DNA of 64,000 nucleotides from Alphaproteobacteria bacterium (lineage in GTDB: Bacteria; Pseudomonadota; Alphaproteobacteria; Bin95), in the NCBI GenBank assembly GCA_963665325.3, contig CAXXWS020000002.1:1184001-1248000 (forward strand), given 5' to 3'. Position 1 is the first letter of the stretch, and each line of letters starts with the position of its first letter. The translations under genes and the position numbers were made by a program. This document shows positions 30,359 to 40,855 of the stretch, in pieces. The notes beneath the pieces were generated by a model that was not told the origin of the DNA, did not search any database, and saw nothing but the letters and a program-made list of their open reading frames with translations.

Positions 30359-32056
30359 ATGGGCTACGATCTCGTCATCAGGAACGGCACCGTCGTGGAC
30401 GGCTCGGGCCTTGCGCGCTACCGCGCCGATGTGGGTGTCAAGGACGGGCGGATCGCGCGCATCGGGCGCATTACCGCCCCTGCGGACGAGACCGTCGATG
30501 CCGAGGGTCATGTCGTCGCGCCCGGCTTCGTCGATGGCCACACGCACATGGACGCGCAGCTGTTCTGGGACGAGCTCGGCTCCTGCTCCTGCTATCACGG
30601 CGTCACCACCGCGGTGATGGGCAATTGCGGCTTCACGCTCGCCCCCTGCCGGGAGGCCGAAGCCGACCTCGTGTTCCGCAACCTGGAGCGCGCGGAAGAC
30701 ATCGACCGCAATGCCATGCTCACCGGCATCGACTGGAACTGGGAGACCTTCCCGGAGTTCATGTCCGCCGTGGACGCTGCGCCCAAGGGCATCAATTATG
30801 CCGGCTATATCGGCCACGCCGCGCTCCGCACCTATGTGATGGGTGAGCGCGCCTTCGAGCAGGAGGCCGGCGAGGACGACCTGAAGGCGATGGAGGCGCA
30901 TGTCCGCGAGGCGGTGCGCGCGGGCGCGCTCGGCTTCTCGACCTCGCGCAGCCCGAGCCACCTCACTTCCGACGACCGCCCGGTTGCGAGCCGCGTGGCG
31001 ACCTTCTCCGAGGTCCAGCATCTCGTCCGCGCCATGGGCGATGAAGGCGCCGGCATCTTTCAGCTTGCGATGGAGCGCGGCGGCGACAACGAGATGATGG
31101 CCTTCTACCAGAGCCTCATCGAGCTTTCCGCCGAGACCGGCCGGCCGGTCACCTTCGGCTCCCTCAGCCGCAAGGAGAGGCCGGGTCAGTGGCGCGCCTT
31201 CTACGACCTGATCTCGGAAGGCAACCGCAACGGCGCCAATGTCTTCACCCAGGTCCATGCGCGCGAGATAAACACGGTGCTCTCCTTCGAGACGAGCACG
31301 CCCTTCGACAAGCGCGAGGTCTGGCGGGACATCCGCGCGCTGCCAATGGAAGCGCAGAGGCAGGCGTTCGCCGATCCCGAAATGCGCGCGCGCCTGATCG
31401 AGGTGGCGAGCCGCGAGCATGACGGCGAGGCCGTGGTCGGCGCCGAGGCCCGTCCGCCGGAATGGGACATCTTCTTCTGGATGGACCGCATCCGGCTGCC
31501 GCACCGCTCGCTCGCCGAGATCGCCGCAGAGCGGGGCGTCCATCCGGCCGAGGCCATGATCGACATCGCGGTGGAGCACGACCTCAAGGCGTTCTTCCGC
31601 CAGCCGATCGCGAACGAGAACCTCGACGATGCGCTGGAGCTGATGCGCCACCCCTATGCCTGCACGACCTTCTCGGACTCGGGCGCGCATGTCTCGCAGA
31701 TTGTGGACTGCTCGCTCCAGACGCACCTGCTAAGCCACTGGGTTCGGGACCGTGAGGAGTTCACGCTGGAAGAAGGCGTTCGCAAGATCACCTATGATAC
31801 GGCGACCCGCTGGGGTTTCCACGACCGCGGCCTGCTCCGCGAGGGCCTGAAGGCGGATATCGTTGTGTTCGATCCGGATCGGATCGCGCCGGCCATGCCG
31901 GAGGTGGTGCACGATCTGCCGGCCGGTGCCAAGCGCCTGAAACAGTATGCGGTGGGCATGAAGGCCACGGTGGTGAACGGCGTCCCGACCTTGATCGACA
32001 ACGAGCCGACAGGGCGCCTTGCCGGCCAGCTGCTGCGCGGCCCGCTCGCTGCCTGA
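30359..32056 (+). CDS. N-acyl-D-amino-acid deacylase family amidohydrolase
   Basis: DLVIRNGTVVDGSG, PGFVDGHTHMD, GVTTAVMGNCG, SDSGAH. Confidence 0.92.
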   Translation: MGYDLVIRNGTVVDGSGLARYRADVGVKDGRIARIGRITAPADETVDAEGHVVAPGFVDGHTHMDAQLFWDELGSCSCYHGVTTAVMGNCGFTLAPCREAEADLVFRNLERAEDIDRNAMLTGIDWNWETFPEFMSAVDAAPKGINYAGYIGHAALRTYVMGERAFEQEAGEDDLKAMEAHVREAVRAGALGFSTSRSPSHLTSDDRPVASRVATFSEVQHLVRAMGDEGAGIFQLAMERGGDNEMMAFYQSLIELSAETGRPVTFGSLSRKERPGQWRAFYDLISEGNRNGANVFTQVHAREINTVLSFETSTPFDKREVWRDIRALPMEAQRQAFADPEMRARLIEVASREHDGEAVVGAEARPPEWDIFFWMDRIRLPHRSLAEIAAERGVHPAEAMIDIAVEHDLKAFFRQPIANENLDDALELMRHPYACTTFSDSGAHVSQIVDCSLQTHLLSHWVRDREEFTLEEGVRKITYDTATRWGFHDRGLLREGLKADIVVFDPDRIAPAMPEVVHDLPAGAKRLKQYAVGMKATVVNGVPTLIDNEPTGRLAGQLLRGPLAA

Positions 32057-33165
32057 TGCGGATCGAGCCGTTTCGCGCGGCGGTCGATGAGGCGGCGCTC
32101 GACGACCTGAAGCGCCGCCTCGCCGCGACCCGCGAGCCGGTCTGGCCGGAGGGCGGCGGCTGGGAGTTCGGCATCGAGCGGGAAACGCTGGCCGAGACGC
32201 TTGCCTACTGGCAGGACGGCTTCGACTGGCGCGCGGTGGAAGCGCGTCTCAATGCATGGCCGCAATACCGCACCGAGATCGACGGCATCCCGGTGCATTT
32301 CATCCACACCCGCAATGCCGACCCGGCTGCGCCGGCGCTGATCCTCACCCACGGTTGGCCGGGCTCGGTGCTGGAGTTCCTCGACGCGCTGCCGGCGCTC
32401 TCGGCGCGCGCTCATGTGGTAGTGCCGCATCTGCCGGGCTACGGTTTCTCCTCGCCGACGGGCCGGCCGGTCTATTCGCGCGAGGTGGCGGGCCTCTGGC
32501 GCCGGCTGATGGCGGCACTCGGCTATGAGCGCTTCGTCGCGCAGGGCGGCGACTGGGGCTCGCTGGTGACCTGCTGGCTCGGCTACGACCACCCGGACGC
32601 GGTGCGCGCCATCCACCTCAACATGCTCATCGTGCGCCCGGACTTGGCCGGCCTCCAGGAGCCGCTCGACGAGGCGGAGCAGGCGTGGACCAAGGCCATG
32701 CGACGCACGGTCGATCTTGAGGGCGGCTATCTGCGCATCCAGGCGACCAAGCCGCAAAGCCTCGCGGTCGGCCTTTCGGACTCGCCGGCGGGGCTTGCCG
32801 CCTGGATTCTCGAGAAATTCTACGGCTGGCCGGACGCGGGCTCGCAACTCGACCGCGACCTCGTGCTCGGCAATATCGCGCTCTACTGGTTCACCAACAC
32901 GCTCGCCAGCTCCGCCTGGATGTATGCGACGGTTCTCGACCGCAAGCATTTCATGCTGCCGGCGGGCGAGCGCATTACCGTGCCGACGGGCGTGGCGCAT
33001 TTCCCCAACGATGCCTATCCGATGGCGCCCCGGCGCTGGTTCGAGCGCATTGCCCCGGTCGTCCGCTGGACCGACATGCCGCGCGGCGGCCACTTCGCCG
33101 CTATGGAGGAACCGGCGCTCTTCGCCGAAGAAGTGCTGGCCTTTCTGGACGAACTGGACGGCTGA
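32056..33165 (+). CDS. Epoxide hydrolase family alpha/beta hydrolase
   Basis: LTHGWPGS, QGGDWG, GGHFAAMEEP. Confidence 0.93.
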   Translation: MRIEPFRAAVDEAALDDLKRRLAATREPVWPEGGGWEFGIERETLAETLAYWQDGFDWRAVEARLNAWPQYRTEIDGIPVHFIHTRNADPAAPALILTHGWPGSVLEFLDALPALSARAHVVVPHLPGYGFSSPTGRPVYSREVAGLWRRLMAALGYERFVAQGGDWGSLVTCWLGYDHPDAVRAIHLNMLIVRPDLAGLQEPLDEAEQAWTKAMRRTVDLEGGYLRIQATKPQSLAVGLSDSPAGLAAWILEKFYGWPDAGSQLDRDLVLGNIALYWFTNTLASSAWMYATVLDRKHFMLPAGERITVPTGVAHFPNDAYPMAPRRWFERIAPVVRWTDMPRGGHFAAMEEPALFAEEVLAFLDELDG

Positions 33166-33313
33166 GGCGGAGCGAGACCTGGGGCGCCCGGCTCTGGAAG
33201 ACCGCCCGCCATCTCACCACATTCATGATATGCGCCGCTCTGTCCTGCCCGACGCGGCGGATGGCGTGGCGTGGTGGGATTCGAGAGCCTCACGCGTCAT
33301 GAAGGTCATTGCC

Positions 33314-34432
33314 ATGCTCATCGGGGTACCCAGCGAGACCAAGGATCACGAATACCGTGTGGGGCTCACGCCCGACAGTGTGAACGAAGCGGTCCTGCAC
33401 GGTCACCGCGTGATCGTGGAGCAGGGAGCCGGAGCGGGTATCGGGGCTGACGATGCCGACTACACCGGGGCAGGCGGCGAGATCGTTGACAGCGCGCAGG
33501 AAGTCTTCGATCGGGCGGAGATGATCGTGAAGGTCAAGGAGCCGCTGGCCGGAGAGCGCGCCATGCTGCGCGAGGGACAGGTCCTGTTCACCTACCTGCA
33601 TCTTGCTCCGGACGCCGAGCAGACCGAGGAGCTCGTCGAGAGCAAGGCGGTCTGCATCGCCTACGAGACGGTCACCTCTCCGGGCGGCGGCCTGCCCCTG
33701 CTCGCGCCGATGTCGGAGGTGGCGGGCCGGCTCTCCATCCAGGCCGCGGCGCACGCGCTTGAAAAGGTCAATGGCGGCAAGGGAATGCTGCTTGGCGGGG
33801 TTCCCGGAGTGCCGCGGGCCAAGGTGGTCATCATCGGCGGCGGGGTGGTGGGCACCCACGCCGCGCATATCGCGATGGGGATGGGCGCCGATACCTGGGC
33901 CATAGATCGCTCGGCGGAGGCTCTGAGGGCGCTGTGGCGCCAGTTCGGAGGCTCGCTCGACACCGCCTACTCCACCCGTACCGCGATCGACCGCCACGTC
34001 ACCGACGCGGATGTGGTGATCGGCGGCGTTCTCATCCCGGGCGCGACCGCCCCGAAACTCGTCACGGAGGGCATGATCCGCCGGATGAAGCCGGGCTCGG
34101 TGGTGGTCGACGTCGCCATCGATCAGGGGGGCTGCTTCGAGACTTCGCACCCCACCACACACAGCGACCCGACCTACATCGTCCACGACGTGGTCCACTA
34201 CTGCGTGGCCAACATGCCGGGCGCCGTCCCGCAAACATCGACACACGCGCTCAACAACGCAACGCTCCCGCACGTGCTTGCGCTGGCCGACAAGGGCTAC
34301 CGCCGCGCGCTGGCTGACGATCCCCACCTTCGCAACGGTCTCAACGTGCATGCCGGCGAGGTGACATGCAAGGAGGTCGCCGGCGCGCTCGGCTATCCGT
34401 ACCGCGAGCCCATGGAGGCGATGGCGGCGTAA
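33314..34432 (+). CDS. ald: Alanine dehydrogenase
   Basis: IGVPSETKDHEYRVGLTP, VKVKEP, DVAIDQGGCFETS, HYCVANMPG. Confidence 0.96.
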   Translation: MLIGVPSETKDHEYRVGLTPDSVNEAVLHGHRVIVEQGAGAGIGADDADYTGAGGEIVDSAQEVFDRAEMIVKVKEPLAGERAMLREGQVLFTYLHLAPDAEQTEELVESKAVCIAYETVTSPGGGLPLLAPMSEVAGRLSIQAAAHALEKVNGGKGMLLGGVPGVPRAKVVIIGGGVVGTHAAHIAMGMGADTWAIDRSAEALRALWRQFGGSLDTAYSTRTAIDRHVTDADVVIGGVLIPGATAPKLVTEGMIRRMKPGSVVVDVAIDQGGCFETSHPTTHSDPTYIVHDVVHYCVANMPGAVPQTSTHALNNATLPHVLALADKGYRRALADDPHLRNGLNVHAGEVTCKEVAGALGYPYREPMEAMAA

Positions 34433-34437
34433 AGAGG

Positions 34438-34460
34438 GGAAGGCGGGACCCCCGCCTTTC
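34438..34460 (+). terminator. Possible terminator hairpin after ald
   Basis: GAAGGCGGG-ACC-CCCGCCTTTC. Confidence 0.4.
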
Positions 34461-34536
34461 GCAATCGTGCGAAGGCGCTATCATCCGCCGCGAAACCGGA
34501 AAACCGAACGATCCCGAAACCCGAGGGGGGCTTTTC

Positions 34537-34947
34537 TTGTCCGACTATCAGAAATGGATTCCCGTCCCGACGCCGGAGACCCGGCACTTCTGGGACGGCT
34601 GCCGCGATGGCAAGCTCTTGCTGCAACGATGCGGCGATACGGGCAGGGCCTATTTCCCGCCGCGCCCGTTCAGTCCTTACACGGGCAGCCGGAATGTCTC
34701 GGTGTTCGAGGCGTCCGGAAAGGGCACGCTTTACAGCTATGTCATCAACCAGCGGCCGGCCAAGGGCTTCGATGCGCCCTACGCGATCGCCATCGTCCAG
34801 CTTCCCGAAGGCGTGCGAATGATGACCAATATCGTCGAGTGCGAGCAGACGCCGGAGGCGCTCGAGCTCGATATGCCGCTCGAGGTGTGCTTCGAGAAGA
34901 TCGACGATGACGTCTCGCTGCCGCTCTGGCGGCCGGCGCGCGGCTGA
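34537..34947 (+). CDS. Zn-ribbon/OB-fold (DUF35) thiolase partner protein
   Basis: TTG start after GAGGGGG; FWDGC..GKLLLQRC, ASGKGTLYSY, LPEGVRMMTNIV. Confidence 0.88.
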   Translation: MSDYQKWIPVPTPETRHFWDGCRDGKLLLQRCGDTGRAYFPPRPFSPYTGSRNVSVFEASGKGTLYSYVINQRPAKGFDAPYAIAIVQLPEGVRMMTNIVECEQTPEALELDMPLEVCFEKIDDDVSLPLWRPARG

Positions 34948-34960
34948 AGGAGGACCGGAC

Positions 34961-36121
34961 ATGACCTACAAGCCCGGCTCCGTCGCCATCGTAGGCGCCG
35001 CCGAATCCACCGATCTTGGCAAGCTGCCGGACATCTCGCAACTGCAACTCCATGCCGACGCGGCATTAAACGCAATGGCGGATTGCGGCCTCAGGCCCGC
35101 GGACATCGACGGTATCGCGACCGCGCGCGAGGTGCCGACCGAACTCGCCCACTATCTCGGCATCGTGCCGAAATGGGTGGACGGCACGTCCGTCGGTGGC
35201 TGCTCCTTCATGATCCATGTGCGCCATGCCTGCGCCGCCATCGAGGCGGGGCTCTGCAACACCGTGCTCATCACCCACGGCGAGAGCGGCCGCTCGCAGA
35301 TCGGCCGGCCCGTGCAGGGCGTCGGCCCCTCGACGCAGGAAGGCCAGTTCCAGATGCCCTACGGGCCGATGGGGCCGCCGACCATGTTCACCATCCCGGT
35401 GCTGCGTTACCTCAAGACCTACGGCATCGGCATCGAGAAGGTGGCGAATGTGGGCGTGGTGCAGCGCAAATGGGCGGGCTTCCACCCGCGCGCGAGCTTC
35501 CGCGACCCGATCACCATCGACGATGTGCTGAACTCGCGCATGATCGCCTGGCCGTTCCGGCTCTTGATGTGCTGCCTCGTGACCGACGGTGGCGGGGCGC
35601 TCATCCTGACCAAGGCGGACAGGGCGTCGAGCTTCCCGACGAAGCCCGTCTATATCCAGGGCATCGGCGAGAGCGTCGAGACGAGCCTCATCAGCCAGAT
35701 GGAGGACTTCACCTCCTCGCGCGCGTTCCGGGTCGCCGGGCGGACCGCGTTCGAGAATGCGGGCATCACGCACAAGGACGTGGACCACCTGATGATCTAC
35801 GACGCCTTCGCGCACCTGCCGATCTACGGCCTGGAGGACCTGGGCTTCTGCGGGCGTGGCGAAGCCGGCGACTTCATGTGGGAGGGCAACACCGCCCCCG
35901 GCGCGACCGGCTCGAACGCCCTGCCGCTCAACACGAATGGAGGCGGCCTCTCCTACATGCATTCCGGCATGTACGGCATGTATGCGCTGCAGGAGAGCGT
36001 GCGCCAGATGCGCGGCACCTCGCCCGCCCAGGTCGAGGGGGCGGAGCTGTCCGTCTGCCACGGGGTCGGCGGCATGTTCGCGGCTTCGGGCACGGTGGTG
36101 ATGTCGAATCAGGCGGCCTGA
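34961..36121 (+). CDS. Thiolase-like (SCP2/lipid-transfer type) protein
   Basis: AIVGAAES, CCLVTDGGGA, IYDAFAH, NTNGGGLSY; strong RBS. Confidence 0.92.
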   Translation: MTYKPGSVAIVGAAESTDLGKLPDISQLQLHADAALNAMADCGLRPADIDGIATAREVPTELAHYLGIVPKWVDGTSVGGCSFMIHVRHACAAIEAGLCNTVLITHGESGRSQIGRPVQGVGPSTQEGQFQMPYGPMGPPTMFTIPVLRYLKTYGIGIEKVANVGVVQRKWAGFHPRASFRDPITIDDVLNSRMIAWPFRLLMCCLVTDGGGALILTKADRASSFPTKPVYIQGIGESVETSLISQMEDFTSSRAFRVAGRTAFENAGITHKDVDHLMIYDAFAHLPIYGLEDLGFCGRGEAGDFMWEGNTAPGATGSNALPLNTNGGGLSYMHSGMYGMYALQESVRQMRGTSPAQVEGAELSVCHGVGGMFAASGTVVMSNQAA

Positions 36122-36143
36122 GGGCCGGCTGGGCGCGGCCGTC

Positions 36144-36812
36144 ATGGACCTTGCCGGCCGCGTCCTTTACCGCGACGGCCTGATCCTGGTCATCGACAAG
36201 CCCGCCGGGGTCCCGGTCCATGCCGGCCCCGGCGGCGGCCCCAATCTGGAACAGGGCTTCGACAGCCTCCGCTTCGGCTGGAAGCGTCCGCCGGCGCTCG
36301 CGCACCGGCTCGACCGGGAGACCAGCGGTTGTCTCGTGCTGGGCCGGCACCCGAAGGCGCTCCGGCGCCTGGGCAGGCTGTTCGCTTCGGGCCGGGTGCA
36401 AAAGACCTATTGGGCCTGGGTAGCGGGAACGCCGGCGGAAGAGGCCGGCCTGATCGACGCGCCGCTGCTGAAGCGCAGCACCCGCGCCGGCGGCTGGTCC
36501 ATGCGCGTGAGCGACGAAGGCAAGGCAGCCGCGACGCGCTACCGCGTGCTCGAACGACGGGAGGACGGCGCCGCCTGGATCGAATGCCGGCCGCTGACGG
36601 GGCGCACGCACCAGATCCGCGCTCATCTGGCGCACCTCGGCTGCCCGGTGGTGGGCGATACGCGCTATGGCGGCCCGCCGGCCCCGCGGACGCTCTTGCA
36701 TGCTCGCGCGATATCGCTGCCGCTCCATGAGGGCCGGGAGCCGGTCACCGCGGAAGCGCCACTGCCGGCGGATATCGAGGCGTTCCTCGCGGGGAGCGTC
36801 CGTCAGGTATAG
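36144..36812 (+). CDS. RluA family pseudouridine synthase
   Basis: DKPAG, HRLDRETSG, TGRTHQIRAH. Confidence 0.95.
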   Translation: MDLAGRVLYRDGLILVIDKPAGVPVHAGPGGGPNLEQGFDSLRFGWKRPPALAHRLDRETSGCLVLGRHPKALRRLGRLFASGRVQKTYWAWVAGTPAEEAGLIDAPLLKRSTRAGGWSMRVSDEGKAAATRYRVLERREDGAAWIECRPLTGRTHQIRAHLAHLGCPVVGDTRYGGPPAPRTLLHARAISLPLHEGREPVTAEAPLPADIEAFLAGSVRQV

Positions 36813-37771
36813 ACGAACTCCAGCGAGCGGTCAGGCTCGGCCAGCACCAGGTCGGCAATCGTCTCCATGGTGCTGCCGACGGGTTCCATTCCCGCGGCCT
36901 GCGCGGCGTCGGTCATCGCCTGCATGGCGCGAACGAAATTGCGGCAGACCCGGTCGTCCGGGTCGGTGTAGTCGTTGTCGTTATGCGTGATGGAATTGAT
37001 GACCGGGATCGTCGCCCCGCGCTGCCGGACCTGGCTGACTATGTTCGTTGCAATCCGCTCATAGTCGGCTTCCGGCCAGTCGGGCCGCATGTCCCAGTGG
37101 CCGGTGAGGATATTGGCGTCCGCGGACGCCGCTTCCAGATCGACCGCCTGCCATTTGGTGCCTGCGGTAACGAGGGTTCCGGAAAAATCGACAGAGACCG
37201 GCATGTTGGCGAAAGGCAGGCTGCCGACGAGCTGCCGGAAGGTCGGATGCGCCCGGTGCGGATCGGGCGCCGCGCTCGTCCAGATGGCGTTCATGCGCGG
37301 CCAGATCCGTCCCGGCATGGAGCATGAGCCGCCGCGAAAGCCCAGTTCGGCGAGGACCCGGTACATGAAGTCGTTCGCCGAGAAAGTCCCCGGGCGGAAG
37401 TAGAGCGGGCGGCGCCCCATGCCCGAATGCCACATCGAAATCGCTTCGGAGAGGGCCGCACGCATGTCCTGCTCCGAGAGCCCGCCGAAATGCGACTTGT
37501 ACTTGCCGTCGTGGAACTTCCAGGGATGAAGGTGCAGGCCCTCGACGCAGCAGCCCCGCTCCTTCAACTCCGCGAACAGCCCGGCCTGGCGGACGGCGAC
37601 CTCGGGATGGATAAAAAAGGAGACGGGAAAGCCGAACCCGGCGGCCCGCTCGACATAGCCGCGGATGAACTTCTCGCTGTCCGCCCAGCTTTCGGGCCCG
37701 GTCGCCGTCGGGTGGGTATCCGGCGTCGGCGGCTCGACATCCATGGTGATGACGACATGCAGCTTGTCCAT
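36803..37771 (-). CDS. Polysaccharide-deacetylase-like hypothetical protein
   Basis: ITMDVE, SFFIHP, LHLHP, FRPG motifs resembling the CE4/NodB fold. Confidence 0.6.
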   Translation of the reverse strand: MDKLHVVITMDVEPPTPDTHPTATGPESWADSEKFIRGYVERAAGFGFPVSFFIHPEVAVRQAGLFAELKERGCCVEGLHLHPWKFHDGKYKSHFGGLSEQDMRAALSEAISMWHSGMGRRPLYFRPGTFSANDFMYRVLAELGFRGGSCSMPGRIWPRMNAIWTSAAPDPHRAHPTFRQLVGSLPFANMPVSVDFSGTLVTAGTKWQAVDLEAASADANILTGHWDMRPDWPEADYERIATNIVSQVRQRGATIPVINSITHNDNDYTDPDDRVCRNFVRAMQAMTDAAQAAGMEPVGSTMETIADLVLAEPDRSLEFVYT

Positions 37772-37776
37772 GAGCG

Positions 37777-38955
37777 CTAGACGCGCTTCGGCAGCATGAA
37801 GGCGCCGCAGAGGATCGCCGTCGCCGCAACCGCCAGCACCATGAACAGCGCCTCGAAGCCCCAGGCCTTGTGCAGCCAGGCGATCAGGTTCAGCGCCGTC
37901 GCCGCGACCGCGAAGGTCACGATATAGCGGGCGGCGAAGGCGCGAGCGCGCCATTCGCTCTTCGTTATCCGTCCGATCAGCACATCGTTGATCGGTATCT
38001 GGCCGAACACCGCCAGCATGAAGCCGACGGCGATGAAGAAGGCGAGGAGCCCGTCGGCGTAGATCATGGCGGCGAACAGCAGCGCCTGGCATGTCGCGAC
38101 GCCGACGAATACCCAGCGGATCGAGTGGTTGTCCACGAGCCAGCCGACGAGGAGCTGTGCGAAGGCGGCCGCGGTGAAGGTGACGAAAGCGTAACCGCCG
38201 ACTTCCGTCGCCGATCCGGCGAAATCCGACAGGCGTTCGTCGAACACCTCGGGGAGCGCGAAGGTCGTGCTCTGGAAAACGAGACCACCGAGCGCCGTCG
38301 TGAAGAAGATGATGGCGAAGACATGGATCAGCACGGCGCGTGTCGGATCGCCTTCCGACCGGCCCGCCGGTCTGGCCTCCGCAACCGAGGCCGGCGCCAC
38401 GACGGGGCCGCCGCGCAGGAACAGGATCCAGGCGAGCCCGATGGCGATGGAGATGGCGCCGGGCACGAAGAAGGCGGCCCGCCAGCCGACGACGTCGATC
38501 AGGATACCGGTCACCAGCGCGGCCAAGGCCACGCCCATATTGCCGTAAATGCCGTTGACCGCGATGGGGATTCCCGTGCGCCCGCGCCCCTCGACCACCA
38601 TGGCGAGTCCGACGGGGTGGTAGATCGCGGCGAACATGCCGATCGCCAGTAGCCCTGCGCCGATCTGGAGCGGCGTGTCGGCGAACCCGGTGGCGATGGT
38701 GCTGGCCCCAATGCCGAGGAAGAAGACGGTCATCATCCCTTCCCGGCTCCACTTGTCGCCGAGCCATCCGGCCAGGAGCGCGAAGGCCCCGAAGGCGACG
38801 AGGCCGGCCGTTCCGTAGGGGATAAGGTCGTCATATGTCAGGTTCCAGGCCTCGGCCAGAAAGAGCGCCGCCACGGTGGCGAAGATCAGCATCGCGAGAT
38901 GGTCGAGCAGGTGCCCGATATTCAGGAACAGGAACTGCGTGGAGAAGCGGGTCAC
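37777..38955 (-). CDS. MFS transporter
   Basis: Multiple TM segments; GWLGDKWSR, FAAIYHPVG; GTG start at 38955. Confidence 0.92.
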   Translation of the reverse strand: MTRFSTQFLFLNIGHLLDHLAMLIFATVAALFLAEAWNLTYDDLIPYGTAGLVAFGAFALLAGWLGDKWSREGMMTVFFLGIGASTIATGFADTPLQIGAGLLAIGMFAAIYHPVGLAMVVEGRGRTGIPIAVNGIYGNMGVALAALVTGILIDVVGWRAAFFVPGAISIAIGLAWILFLRGGPVVAPASVAEARPAGRSEGDPTRAVLIHVFAIIFFTTALGGLVFQSTTFALPEVFDERLSDFAGSATEVGGYAFVTFTAAAFAQLLVGWLVDNHSIRWVFVGVATCQALLFAAMIYADGLLAFFIAVGFMLAVFGQIPINDVLIGRITKSEWRARAFAARYIVTFAVAATALNLIAWLHKAWGFEALFMVLAVAATAILCGAFMLPKRV

Positions 38956-38965
38956 GGGTGCGAGG

Positions 38966-40084
38966 TTACTCCAGTATCGCCATGTGGACGAAGTTGGAGA
39001 CCACGTCCAGACGTTCGCTGTGCCAGGGCTCGGGGTAGAGGCAGTTGGTGAGATAGGCGAAGGAGACGCCGGAAGCCGGGTCCGCCCAGCAATAGGACGA
39101 GCCGACGCCGCCGTGGCCGAACACGCTTTCATGGCCGAGCGAACCTAGGCCTCGGATCGTCTGCGTGCGGCCCCGGACATGCGGGCCGATGCCGCGATGC
39201 ATCGCCATCTCGAAGCGCTCGTCCACGCGATCGCCGGTCCAGTTGCTGGTGCAATAGGCGACGAGGCGCGGGGAGAAGAGCTGCACATCCTCCAGCCGCC
39301 CGCCCTGCACGAGCATCTGGTAGAAAGCGGCCATGCCCTTCGCGGTCGCGTATCCGCCGCCGCCGGGGATGCCGGCGCGGCGGATTTCGGGCGTATTGCG
39401 CTCCGCCAGCTGCTCGAACCCGCCGCCGTCGGCCGGCGCGTGCATATCGACCGCGCGCCCGTGCTCCGAATCCGGCAGGCCGACGAACACCTCATTCTCC
39501 AGCCCGAGCGGCGTGATGACCTCGTCGCGAATGAAGGCGCGGAAGTCCCGGCCGGAAACCGCCTCGATCAGCGCCGCAGCCGCCCAGTGCGCGGCTCCGG
39601 CGTGGTAGTGGACACGGCTTCCGGGCGTCCATTCGGCTTCGAAGCCAATGACGGCGCGCCGCCTTGCCTCGCGGTCCTCCCAGGCCTCCGGCGGCATGTC
39701 CGAGTTGGGGAAGCCGCCCTGGTGCGTCAGCAGTTCGAGCACGCTCTGCTGGCCTTTGCCGTGGACCTCGAAGCCCGGCAGGTTCATGGCGACCGGGTCG
39801 GTGAACCGCAGCCGCCCCTCGGCCACGAGCTTCCAGACTGCGGCCGCGGTAATCACCTTGGTGTTGGAGAACAGCAGCCAGAGCGTGCCGTCCGTCGCGT
39901 CCCTTGGCGGGTCGACCCGCGCCCGGCCGAAGCGCCGGTTGAGCGCCAGCCTTCCATGCCGGGCGACGGCGATCTCCGCGCCCGGATAGCGCCCTTCCGC
40001 GATATGGCCCTCGATAGTCTCGACCAGCCGTTCCAGCGGTCGCGGGTCGAGGCCGAGTGCCCGGGCGTCTTCCATGCCGGTCAT
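38966..40084 (-). CDS. Serine hydrolase (beta-lactamase-related)
   Basis: FSNTK (SxxK), LLTHQGG, FGHGG. Confidence 0.92.
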   Translation of the reverse strand: MTGMEDARALGLDPRPLERLVETIEGHIAEGRYPGAEIAVARHGRLALNRRFGRARVDPPRDATDGTLWLLFSNTKVITAAAVWKLVAEGRLRFTDPVAMNLPGFEVHGKGQQSVLELLTHQGGFPNSDMPPEAWEDREARRRAVIGFEAEWTPGSRVHYHAGAAHWAAAALIEAVSGRDFRAFIRDEVITPLGLENEVFVGLPDSEHGRAVDMHAPADGGGFEQLAERNTPEIRRAGIPGGGGYATAKGMAAFYQMLVQGGRLEDVQLFSPRLVAYCTSNWTGDRVDERFEMAMHRGIGPHVRGRTQTIRGLGSLGHESVFGHGGVGSSYCWADPASGVSFAYLTNCLYPEPWHSERLDVVSNFVHMAILE

Positions 40085-40094
40085 CCGAACGCGC

Positions 40095-40712
40095 CTAGAA
40101 TTGCGGGAAGGTCGAACTGAATGCCTCCATCGCCTCGCAGCGCTCCACCAGGCCTGCCAGAGCCGGGCAGGATTCTGCAGCCTTCATCGGCGGATGGGCG
40201 AGGCGCGCGAAGGTGAAGGCGCAGACGGCGGAAATATCCGCCTGGCTCAGCGAATCGCCGACCAGCCAGCCGTCGCCCGCCTCGGCGGCGAGGCCGTCCA
40301 GATACTGCAGGCCGCCGAGCGCGCGCTCGCGATTGTGGGCGATCCAGCTTTCCTCGACCTTCTCCTTAGGGCGGAAGCGAGGCTCGTAGACGGCCCAGAT
40401 CGTCCGGTCCATGGCGCCGACTGCCATGGCGGTCACGCGCATGATGTTGCGCCGTGCCTTGCCCGCAGCCGGAATCAGCCGCTTGTCGCCCGCCATTTCG
40501 TCGAGCGCGTCGAGGATCGCATAGCTCTCGACCAGCGCCTCGCCGTCGTCGAGCAGCAGGGTCGGGATGCGCAGCAGCGGGTTGTAGCGGCGGATCGACT
40601 CGGGATCGTCGAACACCGGGACCTGGTCGAGCTCCCAGTCGAGGCCCATCAGGTTCAGGGAGACGGCTACGCGGCGGACGTAGGGCGAACGGGTAGTGCC
40701 AAGCAGTTTCAT
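40095..40712 (-). CDS. Glutathione S-transferase family protein
   Basis: SPYVRRV, NPLLRIPTL, ESYAI, SQADI. Confidence 0.92.
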   Translation of the reverse strand: MKLLGTTRSPYVRRVAVSLNLMGLDWELDQVPVFDDPESIRRYNPLLRIPTLLLDDGEALVESYAILDALDEMAGDKRLIPAAGKARRNIMRVTAMAVGAMDRTIWAVYEPRFRPKEKVEESWIAHNRERALGGLQYLDGLAAEAGDGWLVGDSLSQADISAVCAFTFARLAHPPMKAAESCPALAGLVERCEAMEAFSSTFPQF

Positions 40713-40855
40713 GGGGCAGTTGGTTCCTGGATGCCGGAATCGGAGGCTGCACCATAGCCTCCCCAACACCCGGCCTCCAGACCTGCCATGGGTGACGACA
40801 GGCGGCCCGGCTGCTATGCAGAATGCCGCTGCCCCCGAACCCGGAGACCCCACAA

